Shown: positions 17,396-28,456 of the stretch, piece by piece
Position numbering within the stretch: position 1 is the stretch's first letter
Layout of the letters: each line of letters starts with the position of its first letter
DNA from: Planctomycetota bacterium
GTDB taxonomy: Bacteria; Planctomycetota; GCA-002687715; DRQF01
Direction of reading: 5' to 3'
Length of the DNA stretch: 64,000 bases
Assembly: GCA_011369445.1 (NCBI GenBank)
Contig: DRQF01000212.1
Location: 16,099-80,098, forward strand
Made by a program: the position numbers and the translations under genes
Notes under the pieces: generated by a model
What the model saw: the letters and a program-made list of their open reading frames with translations, nothing else
Told to the model about the DNA's origin: nothing
The model's database searches: none

Positions 17396-18543
17396 GAATC
17401 GGTATCGCTTGTTATCCGACCTACGGCGGAAGCGGCGTCGTAGCAACGGAGCTTGGACTTGCCTTGGCGGAAATCGGGCATGAGGTTCACTTCCTGGCCT
17501 ACGAACCGCCCATTCGGCTGACGAGTTTTCACTCGAACATTTTCTACCATCAGGTGGGAGTCCCCGACTATCCTCTCTTTCGTTACCCGCCCTATGCTCT
17601 TTCGCTGGCGACGAAGATGGCGGAAGTCGTCGACCAGTACGAGATCCAGTTGCTCCACGTTCATTACGCCATCCCCCATGCCGCAAGCGCTTGGATGGCG
17701 AAGGAGATGGTAGCCCCGAGGAAGCTGGGCGTCGTGGTGACATTGCATGGAACCGACATCACGATCGTCGGTCAGGATGCTTCCTACAAGCGGGTCACCC
17801 GTTTCACCCTCGATCGGGCCGACGGGGTTACGACGGTTTCGAATTACCTCCGCGATGAGACACGTCGGGTCATCGAGACGAACAAGAAGATCGAGGTCAT
17901 TCCGAACTTCATCGACCTCAATCGTTTCGACGCCCACCCCTGTCCCGACGCCCAGGCTCTCCACGGAGAGAACGACGAACTGTTGCTCGTACATACCTCG
18001 AACTTCCGTCCCGTGAAGCGCGTGGGCGACGTGGTGGAAGCGATGGCCCTCGTCGCGAGAGAGGTACCCGTGAAACTCCTCCTCATTGGAGACGGGCCGG
18101 ACCGCCCCGCCGTCGAGGACCGTGTCAAGGAGTTGGGCTTGGCGAAGAAGGTGAGTTTCTTGGGATCTCAGGAATCCGTCGAGAGGATTCTTCCTTGCGC
18201 CGATGTCTTCGTCTTGCCTTCGATCTACGAGTCTTTTGGCCTTGCGGCCCTGGAAGCCATGGCCAGCGGGCTGCCGGTCGTGGCGACCAATACAGGTGGA
18301 ATCCCCGAGGTGGTCGAGGATGGAGTCACGGGTTTTCTCGTCTCACCAAGGAACCCGAAGGCGCTGGCTCGGGCAATTCGCGAGATGGCCTTGGACCCTG
18401 ATCGACGGCGGGCCATGGGACAGGCCGCCCGGGCGAGGGCGGAAGAACTCTTCGACATTCGAAAGATTCTTCCGATCTACGTGGCTCACTACGAACGTGT
18501 CCTCGAGGGTCTGGCCGGGCGCAGCCAGGCGGCGGTCGTCTGA
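17392..18543 (+). CDS. bshA: N-acetyl-alpha-D-glucosaminyl L-malate synthase BshA (GT4 glycosyltransferase)
   Basis: MRIGIACYPTYGGSGVVATELG..GHEVHF N-terminus typical of BshA. C-terminal GT4 motifs are present (ESFGLAALEAMASG). ATGA overlap with bshB. Confidence 0.85.
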   Translation: MRIGIACYPTYGGSGVVATELGLALAEIGHEVHFLAYEPPIRLTSFHSNIFYHQVGVPDYPLFRYPPYALSLATKMAEVVDQYEIQLLHVHYAIPHAASAWMAKEMVAPRKLGVVVTLHGTDITIVGQDASYKRVTRFTLDRADGVTTVSNYLRDETRRVIETNKKIEVIPNFIDLNRFDAHPCPDAQALHGENDELLLVHTSNFRPVKRVGDVVEAMALVAREVPVKLLLIGDGPDRPAVEDRVKELGLAKKVSFLGSQESVERILPCADVFVLPSIYESFGLAALEAMASGLPVVATNTGGIPEVVEDGVTGFLVSPRNPKALARAIREMALDPDRRRAMGQAARARAEELFDIRKILPIYVAHYERVLEGLAGRSQAAVV

Positions 18544-18561
18544 GGGTTTTCCGGCCCGTGC

Positions 18562-19224
18562 CTATTTGGGGATAGAGGTCAAATGGCGGAGACGCTCGCG
18601 AGTGATCTGCGCGATGTCGCCGTCCGGACTCTCGAGTTGATACTTCTTGGCGACGCCATCGACCATGGCTTCGGTCACGCGCACGAAGGCGTCGAAGACA
18701 CCCTCGCCGGTCAGGCCATTGGTTGCGAAGGCCGGAAGTCTTGCCGCGTTGAGATCGGCCTCCATGTCTTCGATGGGCATCGCGTCCGCGAGGTCGCGTT
18801 TGTTGAACTGGAAGACCAGGGGAATCTCTTCGATGTTCAGGCCGTTGGCGGCGAGGTTCTCGCCCAGATTCTTCAGGCTCTGAATATTCTCGGCACGCCG
18901 CTCTTCGGAGGAGTCCGCCACGAAGACGACGGCATCCGCGCCCATGAGCACGTACTTTCGGGTGAGGTTGTATTTCACCTGACCCGGAACCGTGAAGCCT
19001 TGGATCTTGACTTTGTAGCCCCCCAAGACGCCGAGGTCGATAGGCAGGAAGTCGAAGAAGAGGGTCCTCTCTTCGTCGGTCTTCAGTGAAACCATCCGTA
19101 CGGTTTCCTCGGGGTCCAGCACCGAATGGATATACTTCAGGCTGGTGGTCTTGCCGCCGAGGCCAGGGCCGTAGTAGACGACCTTGGTGTTGATGGTTTT
19201 GTCTCGAGTGTTGACGATGCTCAT
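18562..19224 (-). CDS. mglA: Ras-like GTPase MglA (mutual gliding-motility protein A)
   Basis: KVVYYGPGLGGKTT P-loop, TLFFDFLP, and VPGQ in place of DxxGQ are all MglA hallmarks. About 200 aa. Confidence 0.85.
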   Translation of the reverse strand: MSIVNTRDKTINTKVVYYGPGLGGKTTSLKYIHSVLDPEETVRMVSLKTDEERTLFFDFLPIDLGVLGGYKVKIQGFTVPGQVKYNLTRKYVLMGADAVVFVADSSEERRAENIQSLKNLGENLAANGLNIEEIPLVFQFNKRDLADAMPIEDMEADLNAARLPAFATNGLTGEGVFDAFVRVTEAMVDGVAKKYQLESPDGDIAQITRERLRHLTSIPK

Positions 19225-19309
19225 CTTATTGCAGTCACCCTATCCACGACTGTGAGGGGCCACAGGTGTCATCGGCAGAACAGGATGGGAATCTGAAACG
19301 GGAGGCGAA

Positions 19310-20455
19310 ATGCCCAGGCGTGTCTATCTGGATCATGCGGCGTCGAGTCCACTTCTTCCCGAAGCCGCGGAGGCGATGAGCCGCGTTCAGGCGACGGCGG
19401 CTGGGAATCCGAGCAGCCTCCATTCTGAGGGGCGTCGCGCCCGACGAGCCCTGGAAGACGCCCGAGAGACCCTTGCGGAGGCTTTGAAGTGCCCCTCGAA
19501 GCAAGTGATTTTCACCGGGTCGGCCACCGAGGCGAACAATGCGGCCATCCTCGGGGTTGCGCCCTTTCTCGAGGCCGCGGGCCGGCGGACTCTCCTCCTT
19601 TCTCCCATCGAGCACCCATCCGTTCTGGAGCCGGCGCGGCGGCTGGAGCGCCGCGGCTTCGTGCTCAGGTGGATGCCCGTTTTGCAGAGCGGGATCATTG
19701 ATCTGGAGGCCGCGGCGGCTCTCATCGACGATTCCGTGGGTTTTTCCGCCCTCATGTGGGTAAACAACGAGATCGGGACCGAGCAACCCGTCCGAGCCTG
19801 GGCCGAGGTGTGTAGGCAGGCTGGTGTCGTTTTTCATTGCGATGGGGTGCAGGCGTTGGGGAAACTTCCCTGGGACCCCCCCGAGGGCGCCACCTTGGCG
19901 GTTTCGGCTCACAAGATCGGTGGACCTCGCGGTGTCGGAGCGTTGATCGTGCCGGCGGGTGTTCGTCTCGAACCTCTCTTGTTGGGGGGGAGTCAAGAGC
20001 GGGGCCGTCGCGCTGGCACCGAAAACGTTGCGGGAGCAGCGGGCTTTGCGGCGGCAGCGACAGCCGCAAGGGAACGAGAGTCGTCGAGGTCCGCCCACTT
20101 GGTGGCCCTGGAGCGCCTTCTGCGGGCGCGACTCGCCGAGAAGGTCCCCCGCATCGCATTCAACGTTCCGGAGGGAGCCCCGCGGGCACCCGGCCTGTGG
20201 AACCTCCACTGGCCGGGTCACTACGGCGAGACCTTGCTCATCCGGTTGGACTTGGAAGGTGTGGCGGTGAGCTTGGGGAGCGCTTGCTCTTCCGGGGCCG
20301 TGGAGCCCTCCCATGTTCTGGCGGCGCTTCAAGTGGATCGTGAAACCCTGTTTTCGTCGTTTCGGGTTTCGGCCTGCCATGGCACGACGGAGGAGGACAT
20401 CGAGCAGTTTGTCGCCGTCCTCGCTCGGCTCGGACAAGAGGATGCTCGGGGGTGA
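19310..20455 (+). CDS. Cysteine desulfurase (NifS/IscS family, class V aminotransferase fold)
   Basis: SAHKIGGPRGVGAL PLP-lysine motif, GTENV, and the active-site Cys context (GSACSSG). Confidence 0.85.
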   Translation: MPRRVYLDHAASSPLLPEAAEAMSRVQATAAGNPSSLHSEGRRARRALEDARETLAEALKCPSKQVIFTGSATEANNAAILGVAPFLEAAGRRTLLLSPIEHPSVLEPARRLERRGFVLRWMPVLQSGIIDLEAAAALIDDSVGFSALMWVNNEIGTEQPVRAWAEVCRQAGVVFHCDGVQALGKLPWDPPEGATLAVSAHKIGGPRGVGALIVPAGVRLEPLLLGGSQERGRRAGTENVAGAAGFAAAATAARERESSRSAHLVALERLLRARLAEKVPRIAFNVPEGAPRAPGLWNLHWPGHYGETLLIRLDLEGVAVSLGSACSSGAVEPSHVLAALQVDRETLFSSFRVSACHGTTEEDIEQFVAVLARLGQEDARG

Positions 20456-20511
20456 TCTGGGTTCGCGGTCGCGCCTGCGGCGGGGCCGATCTCCCCATCA
20501 ATTGGTGTGCC

Positions 20512-20539
20512 GGAAAAAAACTTCTTCCCCCTAGAAGTT
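20512..20539 (-). terminator. Hairpin (AACTTCT-N7-AGAAGTT) followed by a T7 run on the minus strand; possible intrinsic terminator
   Basis: Inverted repeat at 20519..20539 with an A7 run at 20514..20520 on the plus strand, which is T7 downstream of the stem on the minus strand. No annotated minus-strand gene ends here. Confidence 0.3.
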
Positions 20540-20772
20540 CTCAACGTGAGGACTCGTCGAGAGATCGACGCCAAAAAAAACGTGACGCAGTGCTACGCGG
20601 ATCAGATGGGGGGGACACCGGTTGACGCTGGCGAAAGCCGCCTCTATAGTCCCCCCCTGTCCCGCGGTGATCATGAAGCATGTTTCATCGGGCCGGGTGG
20701 TGCTTATTCCGACAACATGGGGTGACCTGCAAAGAAGCAGACGAGGGTCGTCGTCTGCCCAATGGGTAGCGT

Positions 20773-22140
20773 ATGTCGAGCAAGAAGAACGAGCGTTTCT
20801 GGGACAAGGTTCTCGAGGCCGTCAAGGAGGTCGTCAGCGGCGAGCAGTTCGAGACCTGGTTCACCAAGACCTCCTGTGCGGCCATCCGTGACGACGAGAT
20901 CGTCGTGGAAGTGCCCAGCAAGTTTTACTCGGAGTGGTTGCGTCGGCAGTACCTCGAGGTCATCAAGCAAGCTGTCCAGCGGGTCAGAGGCGTAGATGGT
21001 GCTTCGATCAGCTTCCAGATCGCGGCGATCGCGCATGCGGGGGCGGTAGGTTCCTTGCCGCGGACGGCGGCCTTGCCTCGAAGGAGCTCGAGCCGCGACC
21101 GTGGGACACAGGACCGCGACCGTTTGCCTCTCAATCCGCAATACACCCTCGAGAATTTCGTCGTCGGAGCTTCGAACCGACTGGCCCATGCCGCATCGCT
21201 GGCGGTGATCGAGGACACGGGTCGCGTCTACAATCCCCTCTTCCTGTATGGTGGCGTGGGCTTGGGCAAGACTCACCTTCTTCAGGGCATCTGTCACGCG
21301 GTTCGCAAGCAGCAGCCGGACGTGCGGATTCGGTACATCCCCTGCGAACAATTCGTGAACCAATTCATCGCCGCCTTGGGAAAGAATCGGCTGGAGGAGT
21401 TTCGCGAACAGCACCGCCGCTTGGACATCCTGGTCATCGACGACATCCACTTTCTTGCCAGCAAGGACCACACCCAAGAAGAGTTCTTTCACACCTTCAA
21501 CGCGCTCTACAACAACCAAAAGCAGATCATTCTGTCGTCGGACAGCGCGCCGAAAGACATACCGACCCTGGAGGACCGCTTGGTCTCCCGGTTCAAGTGG
21601 GGGCTCGTCTGCGAGATCGAGCCACCCACCTTTGAGACCAGGATGGCGATCGTTTTGAAGAAGGCGCGGCTCTACGGCGTCGAGGTTCCCGATGACGTGG
21701 TGGAATTCATTGCTTCGGCCATCCTTGTGAACGTTCGGGAGCTCGAGGGCGCCGTGACGCGCTTTTTGGGTTTCGCGCGGATCATGAAGAGGCCCCTCTC
21801 CCTCGAAACCGCCAAGGAAGCTTTGGGGGAGCTGGTCAGCTCCGCGCAGCGGCGGGTCACGATCGTCCGCATCGTCGACCTCGTCACGGAACACTTCGAC
21901 GTGCGCCTGGCCGATCTGCAGTCGAAGAAACGAAACCACTCCATCGCCCTGCCCCGACAGGTTTGCATGTACCTGGCTCGCAAGTACACGAAGTTGTCTC
22001 TGGCCGAGATCGGCGGATTCTTCGGTGGCCGCGATCATTCCACCGTCATCTATGCCGTGGACAAGATCGAGCAGCTCAAGAAGAACGATATCGAGCTGCG
22101 TTCCGCCTTACAGTCCCTGGAGCGACGCTTGGAATCTTGA
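20773..22140 (+). CDS. dnaA: Chromosomal replication initiator protein DnaA
   Basis: Domain I N-terminus, AAA+ Walker A (GGVGLGKTHLL), and the C-terminal DnaA-box binding domain. Confidence 0.95.
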   Translation: MSSKKNERFWDKVLEAVKEVVSGEQFETWFTKTSCAAIRDDEIVVEVPSKFYSEWLRRQYLEVIKQAVQRVRGVDGASISFQIAAIAHAGAVGSLPRTAALPRRSSSRDRGTQDRDRLPLNPQYTLENFVVGASNRLAHAASLAVIEDTGRVYNPLFLYGGVGLGKTHLLQGICHAVRKQQPDVRIRYIPCEQFVNQFIAALGKNRLEEFREQHRRLDILVIDDIHFLASKDHTQEEFFHTFNALYNNQKQIILSSDSAPKDIPTLEDRLVSRFKWGLVCEIEPPTFETRMAIVLKKARLYGVEVPDDVVEFIASAILVNVRELEGAVTRFLGFARIMKRPLSLETAKEALGELVSSAQRRVTIVRIVDLVTEHFDVRLADLQSKKRNHSIALPRQVCMYLARKYTKLSLAEIGGFFGGRDHSTVIYAVDKIEQLKKNDIELRSALQSLERRLES

Positions 22141-22512
22141 GGGGCGACCCGCACGGGATCGCGAGGGGGATCTCTGTTTGTGGATAACCCTTGATCTTTC
22201 CGTTTTCTCCAAGCCGTGGACCAATCACGATCCGGGGTTGGCGCGCCTCGGAACTGCTTTGTAGTTCATGTGTTATGAACGGTGGTCTTGGGTTCTCCAT
22301 GGGGAAAGTCGGTGGAAACCTGCCCTTGTGGAGGGTGTGGAAAGGCTGTGGACGGAGTCTCTCGGCGCGGGGCCCACGAGCGCCGCTTGAAGACCCCGGG
22401 AGGCCAATTCCGAACCTCTTGAATGACCAAGACTTAGAGTTCACGCCCCAGGGCCGCTGGGCCCTGTTCCTCGCCCCCCTCTGAGCCTATAATCCCCAGG
22501 TCCCTCCGACCC
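22141..22512. other. oriC: Candidate oriC: dnaA-dnaN intergenic region
   Basis: 372-bp non-coding gap in the canonical origin position. It is locally less GC-rich and contains a perfect DnaA box. Confidence 0.45.
22179..22187. promoter_or_regulatory. DnaA box TGTGGATAA (perfect match to the R-box consensus TTATCCACA)
   Basis: Exact 9-mer read in ttgTGTGGATAAccc. Confidence 0.6.
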
Positions 22513-22533
22513 TTGAATCATGGGGAATCAAGC

Positions 22534-23643
22534 ATGAAATGCAGCGTCGCCCGGAAGAGCCTCCTGGATGGTCTGTCAGCCGTGGGGATGGTGGCCTCAT
22601 CCCAGCCGATGGGCTATCAACACGTCCTTCTCCAGGCCGGGACCGACGGCTTCTTGCAACTGGAATGCACGGACGGCTCCATGTCCATCCGGTATCGGGT
22701 CCCTGTCGAATCCGTGGATGAGCCAGGCGTGGCCGTGGTCCCCGTGCAGAAGCTCACCTCGGTCACCAAGGAGTGTCATACCGACAGCCTCCAAATCCAG
22801 ACGGATGAGGTCGGCAAGACCAAGGTGCGATCCGGCCGCAGCCTCTTTCAGCTTTTGGGTGAACGAGCGGAGGACTTTCCTACCCTTGCCGAGTTCCCCA
22901 CCGAGAATGCTTTCGGAATGGACCGAGCCCGTCTTCTTCATCTGATGGAGAAGACTCAGTTTGCGGTGGCGCGGGAACGCTCGCGCTTCGCTTTCAATGG
23001 AGCGAAGCTGGAAATCTCCGGCACCGATGCGCGGATGATCGCGACGGACGGAAAACGACTGGCGACCAAGGTGATCCTGATCGACAACAGCGACGGAGTC
23101 GAGGCGTCCCCGATCATCCCCGTCCATGCCCTGCAGGTCTTCGAGAGGGTGCTCGGCGAAGAAGACGACCGGGTCCAGTTGGCTTTGGACGACACCCACG
23201 TGAAGCTCCAGACTTCGCGGGCCTTCGTCTCGGCTCCACTGCTCGTCGGGCGTTTTCCCGACTACCGGAAGGTGGTTCCCCAGGACTGTCCGATCCGAAT
23301 CGCGTTTGATCGACAGGAGCTGATTCAGGCCTTCCGCCAAGCGGCGTTGTTCATCACCGAGGAGACGCGCTCGGTCCGCTTCCGGCTGGAGAATGGGCAG
23401 TTGAGTATTCAGGCGCAGGCCTTGGACGCAGGGGAGGCGACTGTCGAGTTGGACGCTCCCGACTACACGGACGAGCAGCCCTTCGCGATTTCACTGAATC
23501 CCCAGTTCATGGTGGACGGTTTGAAGGTCATGGATTCGGACCGCGCCGTCATTGAGCTGACCTCTCCGAACAACCCGGTGAAGGTGACAGGAGAGCCCGA
23601 CTTCGTCTACGTCGTCATGCCTGTGACCATGCGGAATGGCTGA
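22534..23643 (+). CDS. dnaN: DNA polymerase III beta sliding clamp
   Basis: Three-domain beta-clamp pattern and length. The start at MKCSV is preferred; the alternative is 22513. Confidence 0.9.
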   Translation: MKCSVARKSLLDGLSAVGMVASSQPMGYQHVLLQAGTDGFLQLECTDGSMSIRYRVPVESVDEPGVAVVPVQKLTSVTKECHTDSLQIQTDEVGKTKVRSGRSLFQLLGERAEDFPTLAEFPTENAFGMDRARLLHLMEKTQFAVARERSRFAFNGAKLEISGTDARMIATDGKRLATKVILIDNSDGVEASPIIPVHALQVFERVLGEEDDRVQLALDDTHVKLQTSRAFVSAPLLVGRFPDYRKVVPQDCPIRIAFDRQELIQAFRQAALFITEETRSVRFRLENGQLSIQAQALDAGEATVELDAPDYTDEQPFAISLNPQFMVDGLKVMDSDRAVIELTSPNNPVKVTGEPDFVYVVMPVTMRNG

Positions 23644-23965
23644 GCACCGCAAGCGGTCCCCTCATGATGCCGATTCCATCGGGGATATCCTCGATTCGTG
23701 GTTGGCGAAGGTGGAACGGGAGACCATGGGGCCCACCCAGCGTGTCGCGGCTGCGTGGCAAGGCGTCATTCGAGAGAACGAGCGCTTCAAGAAGACGCGA
23801 GTCGCCGCCTTTCGTTCCGGCGTGGCGGTGATCGAAGTGGCTTCTCCACCCCTCTGCGCGGAGTTGGCACAGTTCCAGCGAACGCGTCTGCTGGAACGGC
23901 TGAAAGAATTCATGGAGGGCGATCCGGTCGTCCGCGACCTGCGGTTTCGACTCGGCGCCTTCTGA
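23636..23965 (+). CDS. DUF721/DciA-like protein (putative replicative helicase loader)
   Basis: About 109 aa in the dnaN-gyrB interval typical of DciA/DUF721, with charged helices flanking a hydrophobic core. It overlaps the dnaN stop. Confidence 0.6.
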   Translation: MAEHRKRSPHDADSIGDILDSWLAKVERETMGPTQRVAAAWQGVIRENERFKKTRVAAFRSGVAVIEVASPPLCAELAQFQRTRLLERLKEFMEGDPVVRDLRFRLGAF

Positions 23966-26386
<2,421 letters not shown>

Positions 26387-26479
26387 GAGGCTGGTTTTTC
26401 GGTCACGGGGGCACGCTCGAGAAAACTAAGGGTTTTCCCCTAGTTTGCATCTCAAGTTGGAGCGGTCCTCGTTCGAAGA

Positions 26480-28099
26480 GTGCTACGGGGTCGGCTCACC
26501 CGGGGGGGTGTGCAGCAGAGACCCCTCTGGCTCTTCGCGCGAGAGTGTGCTGCCATGACTCAGACCGCTTCCGGCCTGCCTTCAGCCTTGATTCACGCTG
26601 AGAATCTCCCAAGTCCGCCCGCCGTGGCCGTCGAGGTCTTGCAGTTGACCGCTGATGAATCCGTGGGAATCGAGGAATTGGCCCAGGTTCTCGCCCGCGA
26701 TCCCGCACTTGCGGCGAAACTTCTCAAGCTTTCCAATTCCTCGCTTTTCCGCCGGGGCGCGGAAGTAGCCAGTCTCGAGCGCGCCACCATGATGCTGGGC
26801 ATCAAGACGGTGAAGCTCATGGCTCTCAGTTTCTCGCTGACGAGTCATCTGCCCCGTGCCGGGGGCCAGGGGAGTCGCTTCGATTACGACTCTTTTTGGC
26901 GCCACAGCCTGGTGGAGTCCGTGAGCGCGCGATCCCTGTCGGTCCTCGTGAAGAACAGGATGTCGGATGAAGCGTTCCTGGCTGGGCTCCTCGGACGCCT
27001 CGGTCAACTCGCCATGGCGGAGTGCATGGCGGAGACCTATGACGAAGTCCTCGAGCGCTCCGCTGGTGATTTGCCAGAAGCCGACGAGGAGCGACGGATT
27101 TTGGGGTTCGACCATCTGAGCGTCGGTGCTGCGCTTCTGGAGAGCTGGGGAATGCCCGCCGTGATTTCACGGGTCGTGCGCTCCATCGACCCCCGGGGAA
27201 CTCTCGACGAGGAATTGGATCCCATCGAAGAAGATCTTTCTTGGATCATGAGGATGGCTCGTGCCACCACGACGGTGCTTTGCGACCGCAGGAAGGGCCC
27301 TGCCTTGCGATTCCTCAGAGAAGTGGCCACGGAGCGGTTCGGCGTGGACGAGGAGGCCATGGACGCCTTCATCGTGGGTCTACAGGCCGGGGTTGCGGAA
27401 ACCGCCGCCCTTCTCAGTGTCGAGGCTCCGGATGAACCCCACGAAGATCTTCTTCGCCAGGCGCGGGACCAACTGATGCAGGTGAGTTTGGGAGCTGTCG
27501 CCGATTTGAATCAGACGGCGGAGCGGGCCCAGGTGCTCGAGAAGGAGAAGGAGCGATTGGCGAAGAAGGCGATGACGGATGCCTTGACCGGGATACCGAA
27601 TCGTCTGTCGTTCGACGAGATGCTGGCAGCGACTCTCGAGCGCATGGCGGGAGATGATAGGGGTGGCACTTTGGGCCTTCTCATTCTCGACGTCGATCAC
27701 TTCAAGGTTTTCAACGACACGCACGGCCATGCGATCGGAGATGAGGTCTTGAAGATGGTCGCCCGCTGCTTGCTGGACGTGACGCGGGAGGGGGACCACT
27801 CGGCCCGTTATGGCGGAGAAGAATTCGTGGTGATCATTCCCCACGCCACGGACGAAGTCCTGGTCCAGGTCGCCGAGAGGGTGAGGCGGCGCATCGAAGA
27901 CGAAAAGCTCGTCACCGATGACGGGAGAGTCCTCAGCGTGACGGTCAGTGTGGGAGGCGCATGTGCAACGGGCGTGCGGACGATGCGTGAGGCAGAGAGC
28001 CTGCTCAAGGAGGCGGACGCCAACCTCTATCGAGCGAAGGAGGACGGCCGCAATCGCTCGGTGTGCCGGCGCCTTGATCGCATTGACGTGTTGCGCTGA
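26480..28099 (+). CDS. HDOD domain-containing diguanylate cyclase (GGDEF)
   Basis: N-terminal HDOD-like region, then a coiled coil, then a GGDEF domain (RYGGEEF) with an RxxD I-site (REGD). The start may instead be the internal MTQTAS at about 26555. Confidence 0.8.
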   Translation: MLRGRLTRGGVQQRPLWLFARECAAMTQTASGLPSALIHAENLPSPPAVAVEVLQLTADESVGIEELAQVLARDPALAAKLLKLSNSSLFRRGAEVASLERATMMLGIKTVKLMALSFSLTSHLPRAGGQGSRFDYDSFWRHSLVESVSARSLSVLVKNRMSDEAFLAGLLGRLGQLAMAECMAETYDEVLERSAGDLPEADEERRILGFDHLSVGAALLESWGMPAVISRVVRSIDPRGTLDEELDPIEEDLSWIMRMARATTTVLCDRRKGPALRFLREVATERFGVDEEAMDAFIVGLQAGVAETAALLSVEAPDEPHEDLLRQARDQLMQVSLGAVADLNQTAERAQVLEKEKERLAKKAMTDALTGIPNRLSFDEMLAATLERMAGDDRGGTLGLLILDVDHFKVFNDTHGHAIGDEVLKMVARCLLDVTREGDHSARYGGEEFVVIIPHATDEVLVQVAERVRRRIEDEKLVTDDGRVLSVTVSVGGACATGVRTMREAESLLKEADANLYRAKEDGRNRSVCRRLDRIDVLR

Positions 28100-28129
28100 A
28101 GGTCGGTTTCGGTCAACCCATGATGTGGG

Positions 28130-28456
28130 TCAAGCCTCCGGCTCCCGCCGATCCTGATGCTCATCCGCGGCCATCTCCGCCGCATTCGTCTCGGTTGCGA
28201 CGTCGTCCGACGCTTCCGGCTCAGAGTCGTCGCGGGGGATCCCTGCGTCGTTCGTTTCGCTGTTCTTCTTCAGGATATCCTGGCGGGCTGCGGCGTCGGT
28301 CATCCGGTCCATCTCTTTCAATTCCGCCTGCATGTCCTGAAGACCCGCCTTGAACTGAACGAAGGACTTCCCGAGGGAGCGTCCTACCTCCGGCAGCCGG
28401 CGGCCGAACAGGATGAGACCCAGCACCACGAGAACGAAGATCTCCTGGGGGCCCAT
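28130..28456 (-). CDS. tatA: Sec-independent twin-arginine translocase subunit TatA/E
   Basis: MGPQEIFVLVVLGLILFGRRLPEVGRSLGKSFVQFK is a TatA-type TM helix plus amphipathic helix, followed by an acidic tail. Confidence 0.85.
   Translation of the reverse strand: MGPQEIFVLVVLGLILFGRRLPEVGRSLGKSFVQFKAGLQDMQAELKEMDRMTDAAARQDILKKNSETNDAGIPRDDSEPEASDDVATETNAAEMAADEHQDRREPEA

Noticed and set aside
19235-20437. 400-aa minus-strand ORF opposite the cysteine desulfurase
   Set aside because: Arg-rich and motif-free. The plus-strand frame encodes a clear NifS/IscS homolog.
20507-20725. 72-aa plus-strand ORF upstream of dnaA (considered as a possible rpmH)
   Set aside because: No similarity to ribosomal protein L34, which is Arg/Lys-rich and ~45 aa. 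It is more likely a non-coding origin or promoter region.
20704-22038. 444-aa ORF antisense to dnaA
   Set aside because: The dnaA frame on the plus strand is unambiguous. The antisense translation is low-complexity.
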